Below, piece by piece: positions 36,101 to 51,100 of a stretch of 64,000 nucleotides of DNA. Within the stretch, counting starts at the first letter, position 1. Each line of letters starts with the position of its first letter. Origin of the DNA: Klebsormidium nitens. Taxonomy: Eukaryota > Plantae > Klebsormidiophyceae. The notes under the pieces were generated by a model. It ran no database searches and had not been told where the DNA came from. It saw only the letters and a program-made list of their open reading frames with translations. The stretch lies in assembly GCA_000708835.1 (NCBI GenBank), contig DF236951.1, positions 2,388 to 66,387 of the forward strand. Direction: 5' to 3'. The position numbers and the translations under genes were made by a program.

Positions 36101-39100
36101 CACGGGCGGGCTCACGTACTTGTCGCCCATCGCTGCGATCACGTAACGCGTCAGCGCCACCGTCACGCGGTCCACGCGCGCGCACCGCAGCACCAGCAGC
36201 TGCTCGAAGGGCGAGAGCGCGTCAGCAAAGGGCCCCGGCAGCGGCGCCTCCTCCGGCTTCTCCAGCTCGTACCACGCGCGCCACTCGCCCACGTGCGCCT
36301 CCACGTGGTCCGCCAGCCCCGCGAACTGCGCGTCCAGGCCGGTGAGGCGCATCAGGTCCTCCCACCCCGCGTCGGGCCACCAGTCCGCGGGCTTGCGCCG
36401 CGCGGCCTTCTCGAGCGCGAGGTTCCCCTTGAGGAAGAAGTCGAGGTAGGCATGGTTGAGCTGGCCGTCGCCGTCCGCGATCTTGATGGCCATCTGGAAG
36501 CTGAGCATCAGCTTGTGCTTCTCGAACAGCCCGGTGCAGCAGTAGGCGTACACGTCGTAGGTGAGGCCGTCGATGATGTGGCGCAGCCGCGCCTCGAGCG
36601 CCGCGTCCTTGCGGCTGGTGGCCAGCGTGGTGCGGAAGACCTCCAGGAAGCTGCCCAGGCTGTACTCGTACATGCTGCTGATGCCGCTCAGGCTGCTCAT
36701 CACGAAGAACAAAATCGCGCCCCGCTTCGCCGCCGGGCTGTACCGCGCGCGCACCGCCTCGATCTCGGCCGCGGTGTCGCGCGCGAGCGCGAGCTTCTCC
36801 GCGATCTCGACGGCCTTGGCCTTGGTGTTTTCGAGCGTGGCGATGAGGTCCGTGTTGTCCAGGATGTTGCCCTGCGCGTTGCTCAGCTCGCGCAGCAGCG
36901 TGTCCTCCAGCTGCTTCAGCAGCGCCTTGTTCTCGCTCATCTCGCGCACCAGGCCCTCGCGCTGCTCCTCCAGCGCGGGCCGCTCGTGGCGCACCGTCAC
37001 GTTCAGCAGCTGCGCCTGCAGCCCCGCCGGCGTCACCGCGTAGTTGATGATCTGCGTCTTGCCCGACACCTCCGGCCCGTAGTGCGGGTTGGGCAGCTTG
37101 CTCACCAAGTACAGCCGGAAGTTGTCGTCCTGCACACGCCAGGCAACCAGGCAGCGGGCTTGATACCGGAGAGGAAACGAATCGCCGACGAGAGAAGAGG
37201 ACTCCAAAGATGTCGCAAGCGACGGACATAAGATGCTCTTTACAGATTCAACCTGCTGTTGCTGAGCACAAGCAAGATCAGTTTCGAGCCTATCCACCAT
37301 CCCAGTCACCTCGCGATGGTCTACTGGCTACATTCTCTTCGGGTTCAGAATGTAAGTACGGTCCTTGAAGCAAGCAGATTTTGAAGAAACGTGTCAGAAT
37401 CATTGGCGAAGGAGACTTTCTGGCACTCCTTGAAGCGCTCGGTTTACCGAAAAGAAACACTCAAACGGACAGAATTCAACACTGGATTGGACCTGGTCGA
37501 TAATGGAACTCGATATAAGCAACAGAAGCACTGTGATATCGCTTAAACGTTGTTGTCAGAATATAGCCTTCTGCTTAACGCACCCTAGAATTAAAAATAT
37601 CTGACGATTCTCGTCAACGATGATAGCCGCGTTTCAAACTCCGCACGGATATGTCCTCGGGTGGCTGCTGGGCGCGCGGCCTCACCCATTCGACCTCCTT
37701 GTCGCCGAGCTTGACCACCTTGCGCGCGCCGACGTGCGTGATGTTTTTCTCGAGGACGGGGTCGATGACGGGGTCGATGTACTCGTCCACGTTTTCGAGC
37801 AGAAAGGGGAAGCCGTACTGGATGGCCATCTCCAGCTGCTTCAAAAAGTCGGGGTCGGAGAAGGAGCGGATGCGGCCGTCCAGGTTCTTGCCCTCGCGCC
37901 GCTTGATCCACGCCAGCGCCTGCATCTGCGGGTCGATGCAGAGCGGGAAGCGGGACGCGCGCGTGGTGAGGATGCCGTTCTGGATGCTCAGCTCGTCGCC
38001 GGGCAGGCCCTCGCTGGCCCACGCCGCCACCTCCACCTCGCTCGTCAGCAGCGTCTCCAGCGCGAACGGCGCGCTCACCGGCACGCCGCGCGTCACCAGG
38101 TCGCCGTACCACAGCTCCTGCGCCGCAGGAGGAGGGGGAGGTCAGCAGGAGAGGCAAAGGAGAACATTTGAGCCGACACCCGTTTCTTAGCGTTGTGCAC
38201 TCGGAGAAGAAAGCAGGACTCGCACAGAGCCAACACCGTGCGGGCCCTGTTCAAAGCAAGAAGTCCGACCTCCACTTCTGCTCTCAGGAACTTGCACAAT
38301 CGAGTCTAAGAAAGTCTAGATTCTAACTTCAGATATCACATGTCGAAGCAGACGACAGGCATCGCCGGTTGGTCCTGCCGATAACGCTTGCCCTTTACCA
38401 CGCTTATGTCGGGGCCTGACCTGGACCATTTTCTTGCGGAAGTCGTAGGTGAAGGCCCCGGTGTAGCTGAGGAAGGACGCGGAGAGCAGGCAGTCCCCGA
38501 CCAGCCGCTCGCGCGTGGCGGCCAGCTCCGCCATCTCCGCGGTCCAGCGCGTGCGCTCGCTGTCCAGGCCCGCGATGAGGCGCCGCGCGGCGTCCAGCCG
38601 CTTCTCCATCAGGTCCGCCTTGGCCTTCAGCTCCTGCTGCTCCGCGGTGCTCGCGGCGAACTGCGCGCTCAGGCCCGCCAGCTGCCCGCTCAGCGCGGCC
38701 ACCTCGGCCTTGATGCGCTCCAGCTCCTTTTGCGCGGCGCGCAGGTTCTTCTCGGCGGCGGCCACGGCCTGGCGCTTGGGGTTGACGGTCTTGGCGATGT
38801 TGTTGTAGTTCATCATGGCGCACACCCAGCGCAGCAGGCCCGCGCCCGCGGTACTGATGCTCATCAGCTCCTCGATGGTCAGCTTGGGGTCCTTGAAGTA
38901 GTCCTTGAGCGCGCGCATCTGCTTCTCCGTGATGCCGTCCTTGTCGAACTCGATCAGGCTGGCCAGGAAGCGCGCGTCCGCCATCATGGCCTTGGCGCCC
39001 TTCCAGCTCACGTCCTTGAGCCCGCGCAGCAGCACCACGCACTCGCACACCTTCTGCACCAGCACGTGCGGCTTGGCGAACGAGCGGATCTCCGTGATCT

Positions 39101-42100
39101 CGTCCTTCTTCAGGTTGTTCAGCGCCTCCGCGGCCGCCTCCAGCGCGGGGATGGCCGCCTCCAGCGCGGCCTCCGCGTCCGCCTTCTCGATCGCGATCTG
39201 CGCGCTCTCCACGCTCAGGTCCGCCTCCTTCTGCTGCGCCACCGCCTGCTTGCTCTCCACCGTCGTCGTGTTGGCCGCGATGACGGTCAGCAGCTCCGCG
39301 CACTGCGCGCTCTTGGCGTCCACCACGGTCTTGGCGTCCGCCAGGCTGGCCTGCATGGTGGCCACCTCGTCCGCGGCCTGGATCAGCTTGGCCAGCCCCG
39401 CGTCCAGCCGCCCGCTCAGCTCGCCCAGCCGCACGCGGTGCCCCGCCAAGCCGGCCTTGTACGTGCCCACGAAGTCCAGGTAGTTCTTGGGCGTCACGTA
39501 GTTGTGCCTCCGCAGCGCCGCCTCGAACTCGGCGCTGAACTGGCGCACGCTCTGGTGCACCACCACCATGTGCTCCACGATGCCCGCCCGGTGCGGCTCC
39601 GGCAGGTCCACGTCAGCCAAAAACACGCTCGCCACGCTGCGCATAACAATTAGCCAAAGCTGAGAAGCAGCCCGCGGCACCACGCTGATGACAACGGTGG
39701 ACTGTGCTATGCAAAGACGAACCAATAAGCGGGGTATCTCCAATTGACGCAATTGAAAGCTTGAATATTCAATCGAAGATTAAGCTGACTTTTGACATCT
39801 CTTTCCACTTTTGGAAAGAAGTCTTGCCAAACACAGACGGATCCACTTGAGTTCGATTTCTGGCCCAAATTCCCGTCAAAAGAAAGCGAAATATCCCCTG
39901 ATCTGTTGTCCTTCGTGTGAGCAACATGCCAAGTGGTTCCAAGGCCCGAGTGCTGCGGCGCATGGGGCCCTTGCCTGTGGAGCGCCTCCTCGGGCCAGGG
40001 CGTGAACCAGTCGATGACGCAGTTGTTGACCATGCCCGGGAAGTTGCGGCAGCGCGTGCGCAGCGTGTCCCCGATGGGCGACATGCACAGCACCACGTGC
40101 AGGTTGTTGCGGCACTTGCCTACGAAGTACCGCCAGCACGCCTCCTTCGTGTCCAGCAACCCCTTCGCCGCAACCTCGTCACGCACCTGGGCAAATGTAG
40201 GCACAGCCTCGATATCGAGCTATTCTTCAGGGGGCAGAAGAGTCACGTCTTTTGTACTTTCCGTCCGAGTTGTCAATCCTTCAGCGTGCCGAACGAGCTA
40301 GATTATCTCTTTTTTTTTCAGAGCACAAACGATGAGATGAGAGAGCAGATTAAGCGCTGCGTGCGAATCAGGGAGAGATCTTGCAACCGATATTGGCGGG
40401 CGGCTACCCTAACTTTTTGTTGTGTGCTAGCGTCACTGCTTAGTGCCGATGCAAACAGCATAAGCTGAGGCGGAGCGGTTGCGTCACCTGGTTGACGAGC
40501 GCGTCCTTTTCGTCGTCGGCGTAGAGCGCGGGCACCATCCCCGCGGTGAGCATGTTGTTGATGAGCTCCAGGAAGCCCTCGTCCGCGACGTGCGCGTCCG
40601 TGAAGAGGAACATGACGCGCTTGTTCTCCGCGCCCAGCATGGCGTACAGCTTCTTCAGGTCCTCGCGGAACGCCGCCTCGTCGTACCCGCGCGTCAGCGT
40701 GATCTCGAACACCGCGCACCCGGCCGCGAAGGCCGCGAGGCGCGCCAGCGACTGCTTGCCGCTGCCGCCGACGCCGACCAGCAGCGCGTTGCCCTGCTCC
40801 AGGCGCAGCAGGCGGTGGATGCGCGTGGCGTGCTCGAGCGCGTCCTTGAAGAGCACGAGCGTCATGGCCTTGCTGCGCCCCGCGTTGTACTCCTCCAGCA
40901 CGCCCTCCAGCACGCCCTTCACGGTAGAGTAGTCACCCAGGTCCTCATACAGCCGCGCCTCGCCCTCCTGCACCCACGCGAAGCGAGCAAGTCAGCAAGC
41001 GCAAAGCCGCAGGGGCGGGGCATCAGAGAGGAAGCAAAGAAGTGAAACAAATCGCGGCTACTGAGAAAGACAACGGAGCTCATACTTCAGAAATGTCAAA
41101 AGGATGCGATCTGGCTTATCAGAACTAGATTCAAGGACAACGGATTCTGGCTACTGTAGTAGTGAATCTTTGCCGGGGAGAGAATGCGGACAGTTTATCT
41201 TCCGGGCCAAGGCAACTTGGTCATCTGACTACGACACCAGAGAAGCTGATTTTGGAACATGTAATTTAAAAGGCCGTTCTGGTAGAAGGTAACCAAAAAG
41301 GTAATCGAAACCGCCGAGACATGGGCGCCCTTTCAAGAGCCTGCTCTCAAGCAGCCAGACTCAGCATCTTGCGACTGCGGCGGCGCCTGACCTTGAGCGC
41401 GAGGCGGTAGTCCCCGAAGAGGATGGGGTTGGCCAGCACGGCGTCCGCGTGCTGCCCGTACTTGTCTTGCACCAGCTCCGCGAGCTTGGCTTGCACGGCG
41501 GCCTTGTCGTCCTCGGAGATGAGGCGGTCGTGGAAGATGCGCAGGCACTCGTTGCGCCACAGCCGCAGGAACTGGGCCGGCGACGCGAACTTGTCGGGCG
41601 TGGACAGGCAGAGGCCCTCGAAGACGCGGCTCAGGTCGCGCAGGTTGAAGATGTAGTGGAACCGGCTCGGCGTCGGAGGCAGCTTCTCCAAAATGAACCC
41701 GTACAGCCGCAGCGTCACCTCCGTCAGCCCCGCGCACGCCGCCTGTGCCACGGGAGAGGCAGAATCAGACTTGTGTTCGAATGCAGAAAAAATCGAAAGG
41801 CAGAGGGAAAAAGAACAGAAGACAACAAAGGGTCGTTTGGCAGCGGTCTCATTGACCATGGATAAAGGCAGATCCCGCTCAGCGTTTTCTTTCGCTCTTC
41901 AAATTGCTGAAAAGTTGGACACGTCTTCTTGAGAGTTAACTCATGTAGCAGGATTCAAGGTCGCCGGCGTGGCGCGCTGACCTTGATGTCGGGCGCGAGG
42001 CTCTGGACGTGCGCGTTGAGGATGGTGTCGAAGATGCGCGTGAGCGACTCGGTGGCGGGGAACTGGATCTCGAACACGGAGAAGAGGCTGATGAAGCGCG

Positions 42101-45100
42101 GGTCCACCGCGTTGCGCGCGCCGCCGGGCGGGCCCATCGCGCCCACGAACTGCACGTCCTTCATGTTCTTCCAGTTGAGCTCCTTGCTGCAAGCACGCAA
42201 AAGGCAGAGCGGCTCACTTCGATGCGAGAGCCATTCAATACGCTCTGTCGTCACAATTTGCGGGTGCTTATTTGAGCAGAATCATACGGCGCGGGTCTCT
42301 CTCAACAGGTGTTGCTGAACTCTGACTAACCCTCCTATCACCTGTGCTTGAACAAAGAGTCTCATATTAGAGGGTGCGCCGATTTGGTAAGCCTTGTAAG
42401 TCACTTATAGAGGCGAGACAAGCCGCCGGCAACGCAGGGGCAGACAGTTTGGTTGGTGCGGTGTGGCTCTTACCCGCGGTCGTAGAGGCCGCTCCGCTCG
42501 ATGAGCAGCTTGAGCGCGGCGATGGGCTGCTGCGTGCCGTACTTGTCGACCTTGGGCATGTTCAGGTCGTCGATGAACACCACCATCTTCTTGCCCACCG
42601 GCGGGCCGTACGTGTCCTGCACACACACCGCGGCCGCGCGTCAAGCGCAGCCAGGAAACACGACCTTCATGCCATTATGAGGCTCATCAGCATTTGGTAT
42701 GATGCCTTGGCTCGAAGAGACTACTCAGAATCGGCTTCTCGAGCAGCGAGAAGACCTTGCTCAGCAAGCGTTTTGAGTGCTCTTCATCTCGCAGCTATCG
42801 ATCGGTGACGTCGACGGTCATGCCCAGCGTCCTTGAGATTCTCTTGCATGTCCAGCTGCAGCCGGGCGCGCACCTTGGTCCTCTTTTCGACGGCGTCCTC
42901 GACGGCGCGCTGCACGTCGAGGCTGGAGGTCCTGCTGCTGAAGTTCATGTTGAGCACCAAAAAGTGCTCCGGCGACAGCCCGCCCAGGTACTGCCCCACC
43001 GTCACGCTCTTGGCCGTCCCGCTGTCGCCCACGAACAGCACCGGCCGACCCACCTGAGGGAAACGGCGCACGTCAGGGCAAAGGAAACAATGGAACCTCC
43101 GCAACAAAGACGGACTGCTTCGATACTGCAAATTTGAGAACCGAGTTTCTAACGACTACTATCAGCTGAGCTCGGCTCCAGCCAGCGGCAATGGTCAAGG
43201 AGAAATGAGAGCTGCCAAGCTTGCATCATATCAGTGCTTTCAAAATCTTCGGGAGACGGCCAAGCCGCCCGGTGTGGGCGGCCCCTGCCTGTGGCGGCCG
43301 CCTGCTGACCTGCACCATGATGTCGAGGAGCCACGTGGAGCGGACGGTGTCCACCGTGGGCACCAGGATCTTGGAGAACTTGCCATCGGGGGGGGGCTAC
43401 ACAGCAGAGAGCAAAGAGACCCTTTAGACTTTAATCTCAGAACAAAATCTAAAGAGGAGATATAAAAGCGGGTACCTTGCAGCCAAATCCGGCAGAATCT
43501 GTCGGACTTGATAAGCGCTTAGTAACAACGTTTATGGGTACCTTCTCTCAGCAAAACCTTCCCGGTGCATGGTCTTGTCACTCAAAAAACAACTCTAAAA
43601 TTCCCGCGTTGTGCAAAGCTCCGGTCGGAATGCTAGCTGCTGACCTTCACCTTCGCACAGGCCCAGTGAGAGCGAGCTTCCAAGGAACGGCTAATCAGGA
43701 AATCCGGCCCCCTGCTCCCCCGCTTGGCTCCTCACCTGGTAGTCTTGGACGAGGCTCTTCCAGGAGCGCCAGCGCAGGTCGTTGGTGTCGAAGCAGTACT
43801 CGTAGAGGCTCTTGGCGGGCAGCTGCGTGGCGGGGACCGTGTCGCCGTCCGCCAGGCTGAGGCCGGCCAGCCCCTTGACGAACTTGTCGAACCGGTCGCG
43901 GTCCGCCACCGCGCCGTTCTGGACCACCGCCGCGCCCACCGACCACACCACGCAAAACAAAAACACCGCCTCCAACGTCTGCGGAACAGCAGGGCAAGTC
44001 GTAGCCTGTCAGCCGGTTGTATCAGAGCGGCTGATTTTGATCACTTGCGTTTGTTAGTGAGTACATAAGCATACTGCAGATTCAACAAGAATTGACCGCT
44101 TTCGCATACCAAAAGAAACTTACTTTACTCGGCCTGAAGCAAGAAGGTGCGTTCTGCTCTAAGTGCTTCAAATTTTTCAGCCATCAGAGTCGTCGACTGT
44201 GGGAATGTTCGACTTGACTTAGTCGACGCCTGTATTGAACCTGCTGCAGCCTTTGCCACGCCGCTTGCTGGACGGCTGCAGCGCTGTAGGCGAGGCTTTT
44301 CCTGCTTGTCTCACCTGCGGGTCGGTGATGCCCTTGTCGTCGGTGAGCATGGCGTCCAGCAGCGTGCAGAGCTGCGTGACGGTGTTGAGGGCCGTCACGG
44401 GGATGGCCTGCCGCAGCCGCCGCGTGATGACGTCGTCCTCCACGCCCTCCAGCACGAAGTCCACGCACTGCCCCACGTACTTGGCCATCAGCCCGCGCAG
44501 CGCCTCCGCCTCGTCAGCGCTGCCACGCACATGAACAGATTCCTGACAGTCAGTGTTGCTAAAACTGCATCAAGATGTTGGCGAGCGACACACTTGCTAA
44601 AGCCACAGCCTTTTCTTCTTTTTCTGATGCCTTACATGACACAGCTGGTCCAACACTTGCGTAAATTGAAGGCCATGGCCTGGCAGCTCGCTCTTAACAA
44701 TTGTTTCTGCAGATCAAGAAAGAAGTGAATAGGTATATCTTTTGGAGCCACGCACTGGAAAACATTGGACGGAATTGATTAAAACCCAGCTCTTCTGGTT
44801 TCGCCAACTCCCTTTCCTGAGAGTCTGCAGCTGCCTGCTAGGCGTTTGGGGGCGGGCATTCACCTCTGCCTGCCGTTGCACCACTTCCAGATGAAAGGCT
44901 TGTAGCCCAAGTTGCGCGAGTCGACGTAGACCATGCCGCACCGGCTGACCGTCGCGGGAGACGCGTACTGCAGGTCGAACACCTGCGTGCACACGCCATT
45001 ATGAGCGAGCTGCTCTCTATTAAAGTCATATGCAAGTTATAGCAAGCATGGAGTCAGCTTACTTCAACCCATTGATTCAAAGCTTCGAAGCCTCTTTGTA

Positions 45101-48100
45101 GCGACAGCTTTCTGCAAAAGTTGTTGAAGGCGATCATGAAACCTAAAACGGCTGGACTGTAACTGCAGAGAGCCGTCTACTGCTGCACCTCGAATGCTGG
45201 CCATTTGGAATCTAGCTCTTCGAAGCAGAGCCTATTGCTCCAGATCCCGACAATTTACAACGGGTGCACCAGGGCTGGGCAAGACGCTGCGGGGCTTTAC
45301 CTCGAAGAGCAGCTTGCAGTGGTTGGGCAGGCGGATGCGCTCGCCGTTGGGCAGGGTGAGCAGCTTGTTGTCGTCCATGAGGCTGTTCATGTCCTCCACC
45401 CACAGCGCGTCCACGTCGCCGTCGAACACGAGGTACCGCCGCTCCTCCTTGTCGCCCACCAGCGGCCGCGCCATCTCGCGGAACAGGCTGCTCAGCAAGC
45501 CGTCCGTCCAGTCACGTGTGTCGGGGTCTGCACGCGCAGCAGACAGCTGTCAGCCGCCATCCCTGCTTTTATCACAAAACAGATTTCGTTGCCCTCCGCG
45601 AGTTGCAAGTGGTGACGAGAGCATTGGACTCTAGAAACGGCCGGAGCTAAGAAACACTTTTTAGTGATCGCTTTCAATCTAGACTAATCCTTGCGCACTG
45701 CTCTAACAGGAAGATCAATACCGGCCTTAACCAAGTCAACAGCAGATTAGGTGCTCTTTGGGTATGCACGGAGTAGGGTGTCCAAGTCACAGGTTGTTAA
45801 CATCCGCAACAGGAAGAGCTGCCTCGTTTCGCAAGAGCATCCGCGGCCGGCTCACCGAGCACGCCGTAGAGCTCGCTGGTGGGCTGCGCCTTGGGGTTGA
45901 TGACGGTCATCTTGGTGGGCACGCCCAGCTTGGTCTGCGCGCGCGCGAGCGTCTTGAGGATGACGGACTTGCCGCCGCCGGTCTGGCCGACGACCATGGT
46001 GGTGTGGCGCGTCATCATGGTCTCGTACAGCTGGATGACCTTGTCCACCTGCCCGCTCGCCTCCGTCACCACCAGGTACCCCTGCTCCGCCAGGTCCGCC
46101 TCGATCACGTCGTTCAGCTGCGGGTAGCGCACGCGCGGGCAGTCCATCCCCGGGAACAGGTCGTTGATGAGGCCCAGGAAGAGCGGCACGTCGTCGAACA
46201 CGAACTTGGGCAGGTTCATGTCGCGCAGCGCGCGCATGAGCACCAGCGCCTCGTCCATGTCGGGCGAGCCGCGCTTGAGCGCGCCCGCCATGACAAGCAC
46301 GGACTTGAGCGCGCGCAGGCCGAAGTCGTAGTGGTACTGCTTGCTCAGCTGCTCGCGCGAGAGCTTGTAGAGCACGGTCATCTTCTTGGCGAGGACCTTG
46401 GCGGTGTCGAAGCCCTCGGAGAAGAGCATGATCTCGCAGATCTGCTGCAGGTCCGGCACGATCATGGTCACCGGCCGGAAGAGCGCCTTCAGGTTGTCCG
46501 GCAGCTCCGTCCGCCCCGCGTACCCCGGGTTCATCGTGATGAAGATGCCCGTCCGGCCGTCCAGCCGGATCTCCTTGCCCTCGAACTGGAACCGCCGCGC
46601 GTCGGCTTTCAGCGCCTCCTGGATCTGCTTGATCTGGCTGGACACGACGGAGAGCACCTCGGCGTCGATGCGGTTGAACTCGTCGAAGCAGCCCCACGCG
46701 CCGCACTGCACCAGCCCGCTGAAGATGCTGCCCATGGCCTTGAAGTCCAGGCCGTCGCCGCAGTTGAACACCACGCACAGCAGCGCCATGCTCTTGGCCA
46801 GGTCCTTGGTCGTCTCCGTCTTGCCCGTCCCCGCGGGGCCCGCCGGCGCGCCGCCCAGCTTGAACGTCAGCGCCGTCGTCAGCGTCATGTAGCACCGGTC
46901 CGTCAGCGCCGTGATCACCAGCCGCCCGTTCAGGCCCATGTATTCGTAGCCGTACCGGAACTCGCCGCTGCACTGCCTGCACTTGCCATGTCGGCGCGTG
47001 CGCGCGCCAAGGGGTCAGGCCAGGCAGCGGGGGGGGTAACCCTCATGCAGAGGAGGCTTGACCAACTCGACAAAGTAGTAGCTCACAAGAGCACTTTCTA
47101 TATTTAAGATTCATAGACGACATCGTGTACTATACTCTGTCCTCCCAGACAAGGGAAAGAAAGTCGGTCTGAGAGCGTTTTGAGGCTACATCCAGATCAG
47201 TGAAGAGGCTTAAGATCATACTCAATTTCAGCTTTACAAATGAATTATGCAAGGTATTAAGGATATTGCACAGAAACCGATGTGGATACCATGGGGGCGT
47301 CTTTGAATCCGAAATGCTTCAGGGGTTCAAAATTGAGATCCTTTTTCTCCCCCAATCTAGGGCCTCAGCGTCCATCTCCGGCCTGCAGCAATCAAGTTAG
47401 CCGTTCCTCGACCTTCTTACCCAGCCCTTCTCAGAAAAGGCGTCAGTCCAACGGTTTTCAAGACGGTTGCGAGCTGGCCGAGCGTGCGTGGCTGGGGCTG
47501 GTCACCTGATGAAGAGGTCGTCGTTGGCGCGGTCCCAGTAAAAGCGCAGCTGGGACTCCCAGGCGAACTCGCGGTGGTCCAGCACGGAGTCGCGCACGAA
47601 CGCGTCGATGATGTCGCGCGCGTGCACGTCGATGATGATGAGCGCGTTCACTTTTTTGCGGTCCAGCGGCCCCAGCTCGCCGCGCACCATGCCCACCAGC
47701 TCGCCCAGCTGCCCCGTCAGCTTGCCGGCCAGCTCCTTCATGGCGCCCTTGCCGCCGGCGCGCACGCGGCGGAAGCCGTCCTCCACCTCCCAAGTCCACC
47801 AGATCTGGCTGCCCACCAGCGTCGTCATGCCCAGATTGTCCAGGATCCAGCGCGCGCGCGGCTTCTTGGCGTAGAAAAACACGCCCTCCTTGGTAATGGC
47901 CGCCAGGCTGGCGCGCATCTCCGCCTCGACGGCCGTCATCCACACCTCGACGGCGCCCTCCGTGGACACGGGCGCGCGGAAGTCGAAGCCCTCGCCCTCG
48001 GAGGACGTCATGCCGGTGACGACCTTGTTGCCGCGGCCGAAGCGCAGCGCGGCGCAGTTGTCGAAGAGCTTGAGCATGTGCTCCTGCACGCTCGTCGGGT

Positions 48101-51100
48101 CGGACGTGCCCAGGATGCTCAGCAGCTCGTCGTCGCTGATGAAGAAGAAGCGCGGGAACGAACACCGCTTCGTGTCCAAGTACCTGCACGGCGTCAGCAA
48201 AAGGCAGATGTCTAAGAGTCGTAAAATAGCTCTTTCCAAAATATGCTCTGTGCTGCCTCAACAATTAACGTGCTCTCGGACACTTTTGACCACCTTGAGA
48301 GAGTTCTTGATGCTTACTTCTGTCTGATGCTTACTTTATTCGTGGCCCTGAAAAAAGGCCCTAGAAAGATAAGCGAAGAGCGGGCTGCTCAAACAGATCA
48401 GACAAAGGGCTAGAGACCCAGAGCATAACGATCCCCATACTGCAAAACAGTAGAGCAGTTGCTCCTCGCTCTGTGACGAGCCAGGGCGGCCGGCGTGCTC
48501 ACTCGGAGAGGCTCTTCTGGCAGGTCTCCAGCTGCGCGGAGAGTTGCTGCAGCTGCTCGAGGCGGCCCTCGACGGCGCAGGCGTCGAGGACGTTGGGGTT
48601 CTTGGCGGTGTCGGCCATGATTTTCTTCCAGGCCTTGTCGATGCCGTCGAAGCGCTTGGCCTCGTCGGGCAGCTGGTGCCGGATGTCGTCGCTGCCCACG
48701 AAGATGCTCTCCAGGTACTGCCACCGCCGCTGCACGCCCACCCACACGCCGGACACCTCGCCGATCAGGCTCAGGCGGCCCTCCCACGCGCGCACCTGCT
48801 CCAGGAACGGCTTCACGAAGCGCGAGGCCATCATGGACTGCAGGTTGAGCCCCTGGTCCTCCAGCAGCACGGCCAGCTCGTCCACCCCGCGCAGCACCCA
48901 CCCGCGGTCGGCGCCGTTCTTGGTGTACTTGGCCACCGTGAAGGCCTGCTCGCGCCACACCTCCGCCAGCCCGCGCAGCTCCGCCTCGATGCTCAGCTCC
49001 TTGCTGGCGGCGCCCACCATCTCGCTGATCACCTGCGGCAAAAGGGGTAAAAGCGGCGGGAAAAGGTCAGTAGAAGCTTTGAAGACGAATCTGCTTTCCT
49101 TGGAAAAATAAAGAACTTCAAGTTCGCCCCCGTTGCTACTGACGGCAGCTTCCATAAAATGGACACAAACACCCTGTTTTGCTGTGAACGGCTTCCGTCT
49201 TTAGTAACTCATTCTCGCATGTGTCTTTTATCCTACGAGTGATGATGCACAAAATTCCCGTCTCCAATCACGGCTCTCTTATGCTTTTTGGCCTGATTTG
49301 CACCGCTCATCTTTTTCAATGCAGCCATATTATTTTGGGGCAAGCGGCGAGCAGTGGGGCGGTCACCTGGGCGTAGTTGTGGAGCTGCATGGCGAAGAGC
49401 GCGCCGAGCGTGAAGCTCTTGGGGTCCATGTCGAAGCGCTTGCCCGTCAGCTCCATCAGCCGCTCCCAGTGCCGCGGCCGCAGCGCCTCGCTCTTCAGGT
49501 CCTGCAGCATACAGGTAAAGCTCGACGAGTCAGCTTTTGCCCCTAGAATTGAAGATGTAAATGCACTTGAGTGGCACGATACAGACCTGACTTGCATCCA
49601 TTTGCCGATGCAGGTTGAGCTTCAAATACAAACTCTTCAATTCATTCACCATCCAGAAGTTTCGGGGGGAGCGTCAGTCTGTAACGCTTCATTGGCTTCC
49701 ATATCAGACCCGTTGTGATCGGTGAAGCCGAGAAGGTAGGCAGAGCCTGTCCGCGGGTGCACCTGGATGAGCGGGAGCGAGTCCTGGAACTCCTTGAGCT
49801 TGGCCTCCAGCAGGCCGTAGGTGGGCAGCGCCTTGAGGTGCTTCATCCGCTTGAGCCGCCCCCCGAACTCCTCCTGCGCGCCCACCAGGCGCCCGATGTC
49901 CAGCTCCGCCCACAGCATGGACGACGCGGCCTTGACGGCGGCGCTGAAGTCGGTGTACAGCTCGAAGATCTGCGCCAGGCTGCGCAGCTCCGCGTCCACC
50001 TCCAGCAGCTCCGGGTACGACGTGATGGGCAGGTCGAACAGCTTCTGCGCCAGCACCAGCGCCTCGCGCGCGCCGCCCTTGGCCGCCACCTCCGCCTGCG
50101 CAGGGCCACACCCGGGCGGGGCTCAGACGGCAGCCCAACACCAGCCTTTTCTCGAAGGGCCATTATCTTTGATCAGCCTCAGCGCCGTCACTTCATTAGC
50201 GAAGGGGTGGCAAGAGTGTCAGCTCAGAAGGCAGTTTGTTGCCATGGCAATGGCAACTGCAACAATCATGATGGCCATCGAATCGTACCTCACAAGTCGC
50301 CCTTTTCGAAAAAGAGTATCGGGCGATAATCGTTCCACCATTCCACCGTGCGTTCGTATTCAGCAGGGGGGCTGACCTGGAATGTTTTGAGCAGCTCCAG
50401 GCCCTGGTCCAGGTTGTCGGTCTTCCCCGGGCCGCTGTCCCGGAGTCTCTCCCGCAGGTCCAGCACGGACGCGTGGTACTCCGCGACCTGCACCTGCGTG
50501 GTGGCCGTGAACTTCTTCTTCACCTCCTCCAAGTCCTCGTCCACGCGCACAGCCACGCCCTGCAGCTCCACCCACCTGCGCGCAAAGCCGCAACCCGTCA
50601 AGGCCCCCAAACATGTGCAGCAACATGCCTTCACGTATACAGGGTTAGCACCGCAAATGACTGATTAGATGCTATTCGCACAGCCTGTCCAAAGACACAA
50701 CGGCTGAAACAGTTATGATGCTCTATCGCTCTCTTCCTTTGTAGAGAAGTCGTGCTACAAACGAGTTGTGTCTGCCCCAGTCTCGGTAATACGGTCTGCC
50801 ATACTGTGCCCAACACTCACTTGGTTCTGATAGCGTATGCCTGGGCCGTCTCCTCGTCGTCGCCCCCAAGACCGTACAGCATGCGCGTGCGGCAACGCTC
50901 TTCAATTTCCACGTACCTGCAGCGAGAGCGCAAGCGCATCAGCATTGATTGTTCTACCAAAAGGAACGAGCACGCTTTCAGAAACCCAATCAACGGTGCC
51001 CACAAGGTATACAGACCTCCAGTTGAATATATCTTGACACTCAAATTCACCACTCCAAGATGCTGACAGTGTTGCCCACAAGACCGGCCGCTCGCACGCG

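Noticed and set aside
37131-37309. N-terminal extension [12 protein letters not shown].. of ORF 35801-37309
   Set aside because: Intron sequence read through in frame. The true exon starts at gtgcag|GACGAC and joins the upstream exon as EW|DDNF.
49239-49296. Box C (GTGATGA) and box D (CTGA) pair suggestive of a snoRNA
   Set aside because: Antisense to the host gene, no terminal stem, and no recognisable rRNA guide. Expected by chance.
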